From Atribacterota bacterium (GTDB taxonomy: Bacteria; Atribacterota; Phoenicimicrobiia; Phoenicimicrobiales; Phoenicimicrobiaceae): a stretch of 25,668 nucleotides of DNA. Positions 1 through 9,630 of the stretch are shown here, one piece after another. Position numbers and translations under genes: made by a program. The notes under the pieces are model-generated. The model was not told the origin of the DNA and made no database searches. It saw only the letters and a program-made list of their open reading frames with translations. Where the stretch lies: assembly GCA_049676265.1 (NCBI GenBank), contig JBAUBA010000027.1, forward strand, positions 1 to 25,668, written 5' to 3'. How positions within the stretch are numbered: position 1 is the first letter of the stretch; each line of letters begins with the position of its first letter.

Positions 1-1
1 T

Positions 2-475
2 CTTAGGATATTGGGACCTCTATTAGCTTCTTTTGTAGCAATTGGCGATATTGGCAAAGGTATTTTTTCTATCTATTTAGTACAATATTTTAATATTGAT
101 AATTTATTAATATTCACTATTGCAGGGTTAGTAGTAATATGTGGTCATGACTGGTCTTTATTCCTCGGGTTTAAAGGCGGAAAAGGGATAGCTACTACAT
201 TTGGAGTTGTATTTGCTCTCAATCCAACGATATCAATTTTAGCATTAATAGTTGGGGGGGTTGTGGTAATAACAACAAGATATGTCTCCTTAGCATCTAT
301 TTTCGCTGTAATTTCTATTTTTATTTTTACAATATTATTTAAACAACCTTATGAATATATTATATTCAGTGCGATAATTATGATTCTCGGTATTTTTAAA
401 CATAAAGAAAATATTGAAAGATTAAAATCAAAGAAAGAAAGAAAAATCGGAGAAAAGATTAAAATCGAAAAATGA
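2..475 (+). CDS. plsY: Glycerol-3-phosphate acyltransferase PlsY (5' end outside window)
   Basis: Hydrophobic protein with PlsY motifs DIGKG, GHDWSLFLGFKGGKGIAT and KHKENIERL. The frame is open from position 2, so the true start lies upstream of the window. Confidence 0.93.
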   Translation, partial: LRILGPLLASFVAIGDIGKGIFSIYLVQYFNIDNLLIFTIAGLVVICGHDWSLFLGFKGGKGIATTFGVVFALNPTISILALIVGGVVVITTRYVSLASIFAVISIFIFTILFKQPYEYIIFSAIIMILGIFKHKENIERLKSKKERKIGEKIKIEK

Positions 476-569
476 ATTAGTCGTTAGTGTATCGTATCGA
501 GTATTGCGTATCGCGTTAAGAAAATCAGTTTTCAGTTATTGTTTATCGGTTTGTTAGGGTTTCTGTATT
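475..569 (+). repeat. Dispersed intergenic repeat module A (copy 1): AATTAGTCGTTA cap + CGTAT(C/T)G heptamers + TCAGTTA-type heptamers
   Basis: By hand alignment, 86/95 identity plus one 7-nt indel to the reverse complement of 13317..13418. Confidence 0.9.
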
Positions 570-610
570 GCGAGCTTTAATTTATCAGAGTGTAGTAATC
601 TTTTTATTAA

Positions 611-647
611 GCTAAAAACTTAAAGTGAAAAGCGCAAACCCATAATT
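611..647 (+). repeat. Intergenic repeat module C (A-rich ~7-nt period around AAAAGCG)
   Basis: 31/37 identity to the reverse complement of 19376..19412. A related copy lies at about 7144..7193 (AAAGTTAAAAGCGCAAAA). Confidence 0.7.
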
Positions 648-663
648 TTAAGATCGAAATCTA

Positions 664-706
664 TATAGTGTACAGCGTTTAGCGTATAAAATTGGTTAGT
701 TGGTTA
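664..706 (+). repeat. Intergenic repeat module B (AGCGTAY heptamers + TTGGTTAG octamers)
   Basis: 37/43 identity to the reverse complement of 8837..8879. A shorter copy lies at about 7117..7133. Confidence 0.85.
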
Positions 707-750
707 AGAAAATATAATTAAGAAGATAAAATTTAAAAGCTAGAATTCAT

Positions 751-792
751 ATTTTCTTGACGCGATACGCGATACTCGATACGCAATACGAT
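751..792 (-). repeat. Inverted partner of module A heptamer array (ATTTTCTTGA + C(G/A)ATACG array)
   Basis: Reverse complement of 491..525 with one extra heptamer. It forms the right-hand inverted repeat of the plsY/DUF362 spacer. Confidence 0.85.
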
Positions 793-809
793 TTAAAGAA
801 AGAGAAAAT

Positions 810-1916
810 ATGTCCAAAGTCATAATCAGTGATACACAAAATAATGAAATATCCGAAATAGTAAAAAATGTTTTTGAGATATTTGGGGTAAGGGATAAAG
901 TAAAAGATAAAAAAATCTTAGTAAAGCCAAATCTATTAGGACCATTCCCTCCGGAGAGAGGGGTGACTACTGATCCAAGAGTAATATCCGCAATTGTGCA
1001 GGAATTAAAAAAGTGTGGATCTAAAGAAATAATAGTGGGAGATAATTCCGGGAGCATTCATTTTGACCCCTTAAAAATTGCAAAAATTACCGAAATATTA
1101 GATGCTTCTGACGGCTGCTACAGAAATATTGCCAGGGAAGTAGCCGAGGTAAAGGTAGAGTCAAAATTTATTGAAGAATTATTTATTTCAAAAATAGTTA
1201 AAGAAGCAGACTATGTTATTAATGTTCCAAAATTTAAAACTCACAGTTTAACTACTATTACCGGTGCCATAAAAAACATGTTCGGTATTATTCCGGGAGG
1301 GAAGAAGGCAAAATTACATACCTATGGTCGCTCCATTAAAGGATTTGCTGAACTTTTAGTAGATATTTATCAGATAAGAATTCCGGATTTAAATATCATG
1401 GATGCTATAATCGGTATGGAAGGTGTCGGACCCACTAATGGGAAAATACGAGTTATAAATAAAATAATAAGTAGCGATAATGGTATATCTCTTGATTCTG
1501 TTATGGCTGCCATGATGGGGCTTAAGCCTGCTACAATTGAGCTATTACAGGTTGCCAAAAAAAGAAATTTAGGGGAGACAGATATCTCCAACATAATTAT
1601 TGATGGAGAATTAAAAGTAATTTCGAGGTTTAAAACACCGAATAATGGTTTTTTGCAAAGAATAAGAAAAACAGCGGTCCCTCATATATTTAATTTAGCG
1701 TCAGTTAAGCCGATAGTAAATCATAATAAATGTAAAATATGCAAAAAATGTATTGAAGTTTGCCCTGTTTCTGCAATGAGTTTATCCGATAAATTTCCGG
1801 AAGCGGATAGAAAGAAATGCATTTCTTGCTTTTGCTGTGATGAACATTGCCCTTATGGTGCAATAATATTACCTTCGTGGCCGCAAGATATTTTTAACCG
1901 ATTAAAAGGAAAATAA
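810..1916 (+). CDS. DUF362 domain protein with C-terminal 2x[4Fe-4S] ferredoxin-type domain
   Basis: KPNLL...TTDP and PKFKTH...TGAIKNMFG DUF362-type motifs. C-terminal CKICKKCIEVCP and CISCFCCDEHCP. Confidence 0.85.
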   Translation: MSKVIISDTQNNEISEIVKNVFEIFGVRDKVKDKKILVKPNLLGPFPPERGVTTDPRVISAIVQELKKCGSKEIIVGDNSGSIHFDPLKIAKITEILDASDGCYRNIAREVAEVKVESKFIEELFISKIVKEADYVINVPKFKTHSLTTITGAIKNMFGIIPGGKKAKLHTYGRSIKGFAELLVDIYQIRIPDLNIMDAIIGMEGVGPTNGKIRVINKIISSDNGISLDSVMAAMMGLKPATIELLQVAKKRNLGETDISNIIIDGELKVISRFKTPNNGFLQRIRKTAVPHIFNLASVKPIVNHNKCKICKKCIEVCPVSAMSLSDKFPEADRKKCISCFCCDEHCPYGAIILPSWPQDIFNRLKGK

Positions 1917-1952
1917 AAAAATCACAAGAAAAAAGGTTCAAAAGGATAAAAA

Positions 1953-4055
1953 ATGGCTAAATATCTGGTGATAGTTGAATCACCAACCAAAGAAAAAACC
2001 TTAAAAAAAATATTGGGTAGGGATTATACTATTAAATCAAGTAAGGGTCATTTAATAGATTTGCCTAAAACAAAATTGGGGATAGATATTGAAAATGACT
2101 TTAAGCCGGAATACGTGGTTATTCCTAAACAAAGAAGGACATTGAAAGAGTTACAAGAAAGTGTTAAAGGCAAAGAGAAAGTATTTTTAGCTACTGACCC
2201 GGATAGAGAAGGTGAAGCAATTGCCTGGCACATTGCTCAAAGATTAAATATTAAGGATGCAAAAAGCAGAGTTAGTTTTAACGAGATAACTGAAAAGGCC
2301 GTATCTCAATCCATTAAAAATCCGAGAGAAATTAATCTTAACATGGTTAACTCCCAAAAAGCCAGGAGATTATTGGATAGATTAGTGGGTTATAAGGTTA
2401 GTCCATTATTATGGAAAAAGATTGGCAAAAAACTAAGTGCAGGAAGGGTGCAATCTGTAACATTACGGCTAATATGCGAAAGAGAAGAAGAAATAGCTAA
2501 ATTTAAAATAGAAGAATATTGGACAATAAATGCTTTGTTTAGAAAAATAGAAGATGAAAAGGCAGAACCTTTTGAGGCAAAACTTTTCTCCATAAATTCT
2601 AAAAAAGCAACTATTAATACTAAAGAAGAAGCCGCAAATATTTGTGAAGAAGTAAAAAATCAGGAAATCTATGTTAAAAGTATAAACAAAAAGAAAGAAT
2701 CGAAAAATCCGCAACCATCGTTTACTACCAGTACTTTACAGCAAGATGCATATAATAAATTAAATTTTCCCATTAAAAAAACTATGTTCATAGCCCAACA
2801 ATTATACGAGGGTATCACCTTAGGTAATAAAGGAAATATCGGTTTAATCACCTATATGCGTACGGACTCAGTAAGAGTATCAGATGAAGCAAAGAGTGAA
2901 GCGAAAAAATATATTGAAGAACATTATGGTAAAGATTTTGCCAAATCATCCCAAAATTTAAGTAAAGAAAAAAATAAAATAAATAATATAAAGATTCAGG
3001 ATGCTCATGAATCCATCAGGCCTACCTATATATTCAATCATCCGGAATCGATTAAAAAATATCTAACTAATGACCAATACAAATTATATAATTTAATCTG
3101 GCAAAGATTTGTAGCGAGTAGGATGAAAGCTGCCCTTTTGGAAAAAATTACTATAGATATCGAATCAGGGAGGTATATTTTTAGAACTTCCGGCTCTAAG
3201 ATACTGTTTAAGGGATATATGATTCTATATGGCCAAAACAATCAGGATTTAGATAAAATTCCTGACCTTAAAGAAAAAGATAAGCTTAAGTTGTTAAAAA
3301 TTAAGGAAAATCAATCTTTTACCAAGCCTCTTCCCAGATACACAGAAGCCAGCCTGGTAAAAAGATTGGAAAAAGAAGGAATAGGACGACCCAGCACGTA
3401 CGTACCGACTATAAGTACCTTGCAATATCGGACATATGTGGAAAAAGTTGAGAAAAAATTTAGACCTACAGAATTAGGAATTACGGTAAACTCTTTTTTA
3501 GTTCAATATTTTTCCGATATTGTAAATGTTGCCTTTACTGCAAAAATGGAAAAGCAGCTCGACGAAGTCGAATCTGATAAAAAAAAGTGGGAAAATATCT
3601 TAGATAAATTTTACAAGGCATTTTCCAAGGATTTGGAAAAAGGAAATCAGGCACAAAAAATTGAAATGCCAAAAGTGTTCAGCGATGAAATATGTGATAA
3701 ATGTGGCAGTAAAATGTTAATAAAAAATGGACGTTTTGGTAAATTTTTAGCTTGTTCGGGATTCCCGAAATGTAAAAATACAAAACCCTTTTTAGATAAA
3801 ATTGACTTGTCCTGTCCCGAGGAGAGCTGTTCAGGTGAGATTATTAGAAAAAAGACTAAAAAGGGGAGGATATTCTATGGATGCAGCAATTATCCTAAAT
3901 GTTCTTTTATAACCTGGAACAAACCGATTAATAAAAAATGCCCACAATGTAACTCCATTTTAGTAATAAGTAGTAATAAGAAAAGCGGACTTTATTTTAA
4001 GTGCAGTAATTCTGATTGTGATTATAAAGAATTTAAGAAAGAGGATAAATCATAA
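1953..4055 (+). CDS. topA: DNA topoisomerase I (type IA) with C-terminal zinc ribbons
   Basis: LVIVESP, ATDPDREGEAIAWH, SAGRVQS, catalytic ITYMRTD, GIGRPSTY; three C4 zinc-ribbon repeats. Confidence 0.98.
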   Translation: MAKYLVIVESPTKEKTLKKILGRDYTIKSSKGHLIDLPKTKLGIDIENDFKPEYVVIPKQRRTLKELQESVKGKEKVFLATDPDREGEAIAWHIAQRLNIKDAKSRVSFNEITEKAVSQSIKNPREINLNMVNSQKARRLLDRLVGYKVSPLLWKKIGKKLSAGRVQSVTLRLICEREEEIAKFKIEEYWTINALFRKIEDEKAEPFEAKLFSINSKKATINTKEEAANICEEVKNQEIYVKSINKKKESKNPQPSFTTSTLQQDAYNKLNFPIKKTMFIAQQLYEGITLGNKGNIGLITYMRTDSVRVSDEAKSEAKKYIEEHYGKDFAKSSQNLSKEKNKINNIKIQDAHESIRPTYIFNHPESIKKYLTNDQYKLYNLIWQRFVASRMKAALLEKITIDIESGRYIFRTSGSKILFKGYMILYGQNNQDLDKIPDLKEKDKLKLLKIKENQSFTKPLPRYTEASLVKRLEKEGIGRPSTYVPTISTLQYRTYVEKVEKKFRPTELGITVNSFLVQYFSDIVNVAFTAKMEKQLDEVESDKKKWENILDKFYKAFSKDLEKGNQAQKIEMPKVFSDEICDKCGSKMLIKNGRFGKFLACSGFPKCKNTKPFLDKIDLSCPEESCSGEIIRKKTKKGRIFYGCSNYPKCSFITWNKPINKKCPQCNSILVISSNKKSGLYFKCSNSDCDYKEFKKEDKS

Positions 4056-4146
4056 TTTAAGTCAGCACTTGGAATTTAAATGGTAATTTATCTCGAGAAA
4101 GAGAATTTACTCCTCAAAAAAAAGAAAAAAGGAGGGGTGTTTAAAT

Positions 4147-5055
4147 TTGAAGGAACACATAAATTCGTATATTTCTTTTCTAAAGAATGAAAAAAATTAT
4201 TCTAATAATACTATTATTTCCTATAAAAATGATTTATTACAGTTGTTAAATTATTTAAAGGAATATAAAATAATAAATAACAATAATATACAATATATTG
4301 ACCGCAGCATCATGCGAAAATATATTGTCTATTTAAAGAAGTGTGATTATTCGGTAAGAAGTATTTGCAGAAAAATATCTACTATCCGTTCTTTCTTTAA
4401 ATTTCTATCAAGAGAAGGTATAGTAGATATTAATCCGACCATCAATCTAATAGCACCTAAGATAGACAATAAATTACCTTCTTTTTTATACATGGAAGAA
4501 GTTAACAAACTTATTGAAATGCCGTCCGGGCATTCAATATTAGGAATTAGAGATAGGGCAATCCTTGAATTACTTTATGGCACCGGGATGAGGGTTGGAG
4601 AACTGGTTAATTTGAATATTCGCGATATAGACCTGTATGAGAAAACTGTGAGAGTATTTGGAAAGGGTTCAAAGGAAAGAATTCTCCCTTTGAGTAATCC
4701 GAGTATAAAGGCAGTACAAGAATATTTAAACAGTAGAAAGAAATTTAGAAAAAATATATCTATGGATAAAAATGATACAAATGCATTATTTTTAAATCGT
4801 TTTGGAGGAAGACTATCAGCAAGAAGCATACGAAGACTTCTCATTAAATACATGAAAATGGCTGATTTAAATAAAAAGATAAGTCCTCATGTTTTAAGGC
4901 ATTCATTTGCCACCCATCTCTTAGGAGGTGGAGCGGATTTACGTTCTGTTCAGGAACTTTTAGGCCATGAGAGTTTATCTACTACTCAAATATATACTCA
5001 TATTACTAAAGAAAGATTAAAAGCAATTTATAAAAAATCTTACCCCAGGTCTTAG
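4147..5055 (+). CDS. xerC: Tyrosine recombinase XerC (CodV-like)
   Basis: TTG start after GGAGGGG. Catalytic set present: LYGTGMR, GKGSKER, HVLRHSFATH, LLGH, TQIYTH. Conserved topA-xerC-hslVU context. Confidence 0.92.
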   Translation: MKEHINSYISFLKNEKNYSNNTIISYKNDLLQLLNYLKEYKIINNNNIQYIDRSIMRKYIVYLKKCDYSVRSICRKISTIRSFFKFLSREGIVDINPTINLIAPKIDNKLPSFLYMEEVNKLIEMPSGHSILGIRDRAILELLYGTGMRVGELVNLNIRDIDLYEKTVRVFGKGSKERILPLSNPSIKAVQEYLNSRKKFRKNISMDKNDTNALFLNRFGGRLSARSIRRLLIKYMKMADLNKKISPHVLRHSFATHLLGGGADLRSVQELLGHESLSTTQIYTHITKERLKAIYKKSYPRS

Positions 5056-5086
5056 TTTTAAAAGTTTAAAGGAGATGAAATAAAAA

Positions 5087-5614
5087 ATGTTTAAAGGAAC
5101 TACAATCTTAGCGATAAAGCATAAGGGCGAAGTAGCTATTTCCGGTGACGGTCAGATAAGCATGGGAAATACTATTATGAAAAATAATACTAAAAAAATA
5201 CGAAAACTTTATGATGATAAAGTGCTTACCGGATTTGCCGGAGCAAGTGCAGATGCCATGACCCTATTTGAAAAATTTGAAAAGAAGATAGAAGAACTTC
5301 ATGGAAATTTACCTAAGGCGGTTATTTCTTTGGCCAAAGAGTGGCGAACTGATAAAATATTAAGAAAATTAGAAGCGATATTAATTGTTGCAGACAAAGA
5401 ACACATATTTATAGTTTCCGGAACTGGTGATATAATAGAACCGGATGATAATATCGCAGCTATCGGATCAGGTGGTCCTTATGCATTTGCGGCAGCAAAG
5501 GCTCTGGTTAAGTATTCGAATTTATCTGCTCACGAAATAGCTTTAGAATCATTAAAGATTGCTGCTTCAATTTGTATCTATACAAACGATAAAATATCAG
5601 TAGAAAAATTATAA
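5087..5614 (+). CDS. hslV: ATP-dependent protease peptidase subunit HslV
   Basis: GTTIL N-terminus, [31 protein letters not shown]. Confidence 0.97.
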   Translation: MFKGTTILAIKHKGEVAISGDGQISMGNTIMKNNTKKIRKLYDDKVLTGFAGASADAMTLFEKFEKKIEELHGNLPKAVISLAKEWRTDKILRKLEAILIVADKEHIFIVSGTGDIIEPDDNIAAIGSGGPYAFAAAKALVKYSNLSAHEIALESLKIAASICIYTNDKISVEKL

Positions 5615-5633
5615 TAAAAAGGAGGAACCATAA

Positions 5634-7058
5634 TTGATTAACGATCTAACCCCTTTACAAATTGTTTCTGAACTTAATAAATATATAATTGGGCAAGATA
5701 ATGCCAAAAAAGCAGTAGCTATAGCTTTACGAAATAGAATTAGAAGACAAAAATTATCCCCGGAATTGATAGACGAGGTCACTCCAAAGAATATTATAAT
5801 GATCGGGCCTACCGGAGTTGGAAAAACAGAAATCGTTAAAAGATTATCAAAATTAGTGAAAGCCCCCTTTGTAAAAGTTGAAGCAACAAAATTTACCGAA
5901 GTAGGTTATGTAGGAAGAGATGTAGAATCTATAATTAGAGATTTAACAGAGGTAGGTGTTCAACTGGTTCGTAAAGAATGGGCCAGTAAGATGGAAGATA
6001 AAGCTAAACAGTTAGTCGATGAAAAAATAATAGATTATTTATTCCCGACATCAAAAAAAAGGAAAGAACAAGAGACAAATTTATTAGATGGTTCATTTTA
6101 TTCTGGAACCGAAGAAGAAGAAGAAAAGAAAGAATCTTTTGATGTTTCAACAAAAAAAGATGAAAGAGAAGAGAGATTTGAAAGGACTAGAAAAAAGTTT
6201 GAAGATAAGTTAGAAAAAGGTGAGTTGGAAAATAGATTAATTGAAATCGAAGTTGAGGAAAACATTAAGTCGACAGTAGAAGTTTTTTCTAATGCCGGAA
6301 TAGAAGGAATGGGATTCAATTTTAAAGACATTATGGGTAGGATGTTTCCTCAAAAAAGAAAAAAACAAAAAGTTACCATTGCAGAGGCTCGCAAGATATT
6401 GCTTTATGCTGAAACTCAAAAGTTGATAGATATGGATGAAGTAATTCGAGCTGCCATTGATAGGGTGGAAAATTTAGGGATTGTTTTTATTGATGAAATC
6501 GATAAAATTGCCAGTCAGGAAAAATCATACGGACCGGATGTATCCAGAGGAGGAGTTCAAAGAGATATATTACCTATTATTGAGGGTTCAACAGTTATGA
6601 CTAAACATGGAGCAGTAAAGACCGACCATGTTTTATTTATAGCTGCCGGTGCTTTTACCACTTCAAAGCCTTCTGATTTAATACCTGAATTACAAGGACG
6701 TTTTCCTATTAGGGTTGAATTAAATATTTTAAATAAAGAAGATTTAAAAAAAATATTAACTGAACCCTGTAATTCATTAATAAAACAATACACAGCCTTA
6801 CTTGCTACCGAAGGTTTGAAGATTGAAATTACAGATGACGCTATTGACGAGATTGCTGAAGCTTCTTTTTTGGTAAATGAGCAGACAGAAAATATTGGGG
6901 CAAGAAGATTGTATACTGTTTTAGAAAAATTATTGGAAGATATTTCCTTTAACGCCCCTAGTTTAAAAAAGAAGCAAGTTACTATTGATAAAAAATATGT
7001 CAAGAAAAAATTGCAAACCATTGTAAAAAGCGAAGATTTAAGCAGATACATCTTGTAA
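5634..7058 (+). CDS. hslU: ATP-dependent protease ATPase subunit HslU
   Basis: TTG start after [14 protein letters not shown] Walker [28 protein letters not shown]-terminal DLSRYIL. Confidence 0.98.
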   Translation: MINDLTPLQIVSELNKYIIGQDNAKKAVAIALRNRIRRQKLSPELIDEVTPKNIIMIGPTGVGKTEIVKRLSKLVKAPFVKVEATKFTEVGYVGRDVESIIRDLTEVGVQLVRKEWASKMEDKAKQLVDEKIIDYLFPTSKKRKEQETNLLDGSFYSGTEEEEEKKESFDVSTKKDEREERFERTRKKFEDKLEKGELENRLIEIEVEENIKSTVEVFSNAGIEGMGFNFKDIMGRMFPQKRKKQKVTIAEARKILLYAETQKLIDMDEVIRAAIDRVENLGIVFIDEIDKIASQEKSYGPDVSRGGVQRDILPIIEGSTVMTKHGAVKTDHVLFIAAGAFTTSKPSDLIPELQGRFPIRVELNILNKEDLKKILTEPCNSLIKQYTALLATEGLKIEITDDAIDEIAEASFLVNEQTENIGARRLYTVLEKLLEDISFNAPSLKKKQVTIDKKYVKKKLQTIVKSEDLSRYIL

Positions 7059-7108
7059 TTGACCAATTCACCTATTTGCCAATTGACCGATTAAATTAGT
7101 CGTTAGTG
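7057..7108 (+). repeat. 8-nt tandem array (AATTGACC-like x4) followed by the AATTAGTCGTTAGTG cap
   Basis: AATTGACC AATTCACC TATTTGCC AATTGACC starts inside the hslU stop codon. 7094..7108 is identical to 475..489. Confidence 0.8.
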
Positions 7109-7238
7109 AATATAACTAGCGTACAGCATATAGTAATAAAACGAAAAATTAAAAGTTAAAAGCGCAAAATCAAAACTTAAAAATTAAAATTAAAGAAAGA
7201 AGAATATATTATTTAGGCTATTGTTTTCATTTTTTCTT

Positions 7239-7269
7239 TACGCAATACGCAATACGCAATACGCGATAC
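7239..7269 (-). repeat. Heptamer array TACGCAA x3 + TACGCGA (reverse orientation of module A array)
   Basis: Read directly. Preceded by TTTTCTTT, as in the 751 and 13361 copies. Confidence 0.88.
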
Positions 7270-7283
7270 TATATTATATTTTC

Positions 7284-7312
7284 TTGATTTAGAAAATAAA
7301 CTATGTTATACT
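7284..7312 (+). promoter_or_regulatory. Sigma70-type promoter of the rpsB-tsf operon
   Basis: -35 TTGATT (7284-7289), 17-nt spacer, extended -10 TGnTATACT (7304-7312). Confidence 0.75.
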
Positions 7313-7320
7313 ATTTTTGA

Positions 7321-7380
7321 TTTTATGCACTTATTGTTCATAAGTTATAACGACTTATGACAATTTTGGAATCATAAGAA
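7321..7380 (+). promoter_or_regulatory. Structured rpsB leader, candidate S2 autoregulatory element
   Basis: Hairpin ATTG(T)TCATAAGTT-ATAAC-GACTTATGA-CAAT (7333..7364), with possible outer pairing TTTTATG/CATAAGA. The position matches known S2 leaders, but no covariance check was possible. Confidence 0.4.
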
Positions 7381-7425
7381 AAAATAAAAAAATATAAATA
7401 AAAAAATTAAATTGGAGGATAGCAG

Positions 7426-8139
7426 ATGAGTGTAATTTCAATGAAACAATTACTAGAAGCAGGTGTACATTTTGGCCATCAAATGCGCCGATGGGATCCT
7501 AGAATGAAACCTTATATTTTTACAGATAGAAATAATATATATATTATAGACCTTCAACAGACTGTAAAATTAGTCCAGGTGGCCTATGATTTTGTAAGAG
7601 AAATATCTAGTAATGGCGGTAATATACTTTTTGTAGGAACTAAAAAACAAGCCCAGGAATCGATTAAAAATGAGGCTGAGAGATGCGGTATGTTTTATAT
7701 AAATTATAGATGGTTGGGCGGAACATTAACTAATTTCAGTACTATTAGAAAAAGAGTAAAAAGGCTTTGTGAATTGGAGGAAATGGAAAATACTAAAATG
7801 TTTGAAGTTCTTCCCAAAAAAGAAGTAATAAGCTTAAAGAGAGAAAAAGAGAAACTTCAAAAAGTGTTAATCGGAATAAAAAATATGCAGAATATTCCAG
7901 ATGTTGTATTCATAGCTGACCCAAAAAAAGAGAAGATTGCAGTTGCTGAAGCCAATAAACTTTCTATTCCTATTGTAGCCATTGTGGATACAAATTGTAA
8001 TCCGGAAGAAATTGATTTTGTGATTCCCGGGAATGATGATGCAATAAGAGCAGTAAAATTAATTTCTTCAGTTATAGCTGATGCAGTTATTGAAGGAAAA
8101 AAGTCAGTCATTGAAAAAGAGGTTAAACTGGTTAGTTAG
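7426..8139 (+). CDS. rpsB: 30S ribosomal protein S2
   Basis: [34 protein letters not shown]. Confidence 0.99.
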   Translation: MSVISMKQLLEAGVHFGHQMRRWDPRMKPYIFTDRNNIYIIDLQQTVKLVQVAYDFVREISSNGGNILFVGTKKQAQESIKNEAERCGMFYINYRWLGGTLTNFSTIRKRVKRLCELEEMENTKMFEVLPKKEVISLKREKEKLQKVLIGIKNMQNIPDVVFIADPKKEKIAVAEANKLSIPIVAIVDTNCNPEEIDFVIPGNDDAIRAVKLISSVIADAVIEGKKSVIEKEVKLVS

Positions 8140-8178
8140 GACACAAAATATCAATTTAAACGAAGCAAGGAGATAAGA

Positions 8179-8778
8179 ATGAACATTAGTGCCCAGATGG
8201 TTAAAGAATTACGAACAAAGACAAGTGCCGGAATGATGGATTGCAAGAAAGCTTTAAAAGCTGCCGATGGAGACACAGAAAAAGCAATTGAATATTTACG
8301 TAAAAAGGGAATGGACACAGCTTCATCTAAGCTTAACAGGAAAGCGTTAAACGGAGCGGTAGGATCCTACATTCATTTATATGGCAAAATTGGGGTTTTA
8401 GTCGAGATAAATTGTGAAACAGATTTTGTAGCTAATACTGAGGAGTTTAAACAATTTGTAAAAGATATCGCCATGCAAATCGCAGCTTCAAATCCTAAAT
8501 TTATTACCAGGGAAGAAGTCCCCAACGATATAATTGAAAAGGAAAAAGAAATATTTTATGCGCAAGTTGAAAAATCAGGAAAACCCGCCCCGGTTATTGA
8601 AAAAATTGTAGAAGGTAAATTGTTAAAATATTTCAAGGAAAACTGTCTAAAGGAACAAATATTTATTAAGGATAACAGTAAGAATATTAATCAGTTAGTA
8701 TTAGAGTTAATTGCTAAATTGGGTGAAAATATTGTAATTAAAAGATTTGCCAGATTTCAACTTGGCGAGGAAATCTAA
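8179..8778 (+). CDS. tsf: Elongation factor Ts (short, 199-aa form)
   Basis: VKELR..T.AGMMDCKKAL, EINCETDFVA, RFARFQLGE. Confidence 0.98.
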   Translation: MNISAQMVKELRTKTSAGMMDCKKALKAADGDTEKAIEYLRKKGMDTASSKLNRKALNGAVGSYIHLYGKIGVLVEINCETDFVANTEEFKQFVKDIAMQIAASNPKFITREEVPNDIIEKEKEIFYAQVEKSGKPAPVIEKIVEGKLLKYFKENCLKEQIFIKDNSKNINQLVLELIAKLGENIVIKRFARFQLGEEI

Positions 8779-8779
8779 T

Positions 8780-8879
8780 TCGTATCTCGTATATCGTGAA
8801 TCGTGTCTCGTTAAGATAAGATATTTGCCCAGTAACTAACAAGCTAACTAATTCTATACGCTTAACGCTGTACGCTATA
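8780..8879. repeat. tsf/pyrH spacer repeat: TCGTATC-type heptamers x5 (8780..8814) and inverted module B (8837..8879)
   Basis: TCGTATC TCGTATA TCGTGAA TCGTGTC TCGTTAA read directly. The second half matches 664..706 in reverse complement. Confidence 0.85.
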
Positions 8880-8908
8880 CCCTAGTTAATATACCGAAGG
8901 ATGAAAAA

Positions 8909-9628
8909 ATGAAAAAACCTGTATATAAAAGAATTCTCTTAAAACTTGGTGGTGAATCATTATGCGGGAAAAAAGGCTTTGGCATTGATACCCAAAAGAT
9001 TAATTTTATTGCTAAAGAAATTACCGAGATAAAAGAATTAGGAGTGCAAATAGCAGTAGTGATTGGAGGAGGCAATATCTTTAGAGGTAAAGAAGGAAGC
9101 GAAAAAGGTATAGATCGGGTTTCGGCTGATTATATGGGTATGTTGGCAACTATAATAAATGCTTTAGCACTTCAAGATTCTTTAGAAAAATTAAATGTTG
9201 AAACAAGGGTACAAACTGCAATTGAGATGAAAGCAATTGCCGAACCATATATCAGAAGAAGGGCTATTAGACATTTAGAAAAAAGCAGAATAGTAATTTT
9301 AGCTGCTGGAACGGGAAATCCCTACTTTACTACAGATACCGCTGCCGCCCTAAGAGCAATTGAGCTAAATACGGAAGCAATTCTTAAAGCTACAAAAGTT
9401 GATGGCGTATATGAATCCGATCCTTTAAAAAATTCAAAAGCAGTGAAATTTAAAAATCTAGGTTTTCTCGAGTTTTTAAATAAAGGTTTAAAGGTTATGG
9501 ACGCAACCTCTATTTCTTTGTGTATGGAAAATAATATTCCAGTAATCGTTTTTAATCTTAATACTGTTGGAAATATTAGAAGGGTTGTATTTGGTGAAAA
9601 AATTGGAACAATAGTGAAGGGAGAATAA
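8909..9628 (+). CDS. pyrH: Uridylate kinase
   Basis: [42 protein letters not shown]. Confidence 0.98.
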   Translation: MKKPVYKRILLKLGGESLCGKKGFGIDTQKINFIAKEITEIKELGVQIAVVIGGGNIFRGKEGSEKGIDRVSADYMGMLATIINALALQDSLEKLNVETRVQTAIEMKAIAEPYIRRRAIRHLEKSRIVILAAGTGNPYFTTDTAAALRAIELNTEAILKATKVDGVYESDPLKNSKAVKFKNLGFLEFLNKGLKVMDATSISLCMENNIPVIVFNLNTVGNIRRVVFGEKIGTIVKGE

Positions 9629-9630
9629 AT

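Noticed and set aside
475..792. CRISPR array interpretation of the intergenic repeats
   Set aside because: No constant 23-47-nt repeat separated by unique similar-length spacers, and no cas genes. The units are 7-8-nt tandem arrays.
740..1057. Minus-strand 105-aa ORF ending RIAYRVSRIASRK
   Set aside because: It is antisense to the DUF362 gene, and its repetitive tail is just the translation of the heptamer array.
4147..5055. xerC as the integrase or mobiliser of an island or of the repeat family
   Set aside because: It sits in the conserved housekeeping topA-xerC-hslVU context. No att or dif-like site or cargo is evident, and nothing links it to the repeats.
5087..5110. HslV lacking an immediately N-terminal Thr
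   Set aside because: A short extension before TT (MFKG-TTIL) is usual in many non-enteric HslV proteins.
6050..6200. Acidic low-complexity stretch ([10 protein letters not shown]) in HslU
   Set aside because: It falls in the variable I-domain, where such charged insertions are common; the frame is intact.
8179..8778. EF-Ts of only 199 aa as a truncated gene
   Set aside because: Short EF-Ts forms are established (e.g. Thermus-type), and both termini motifs are present.
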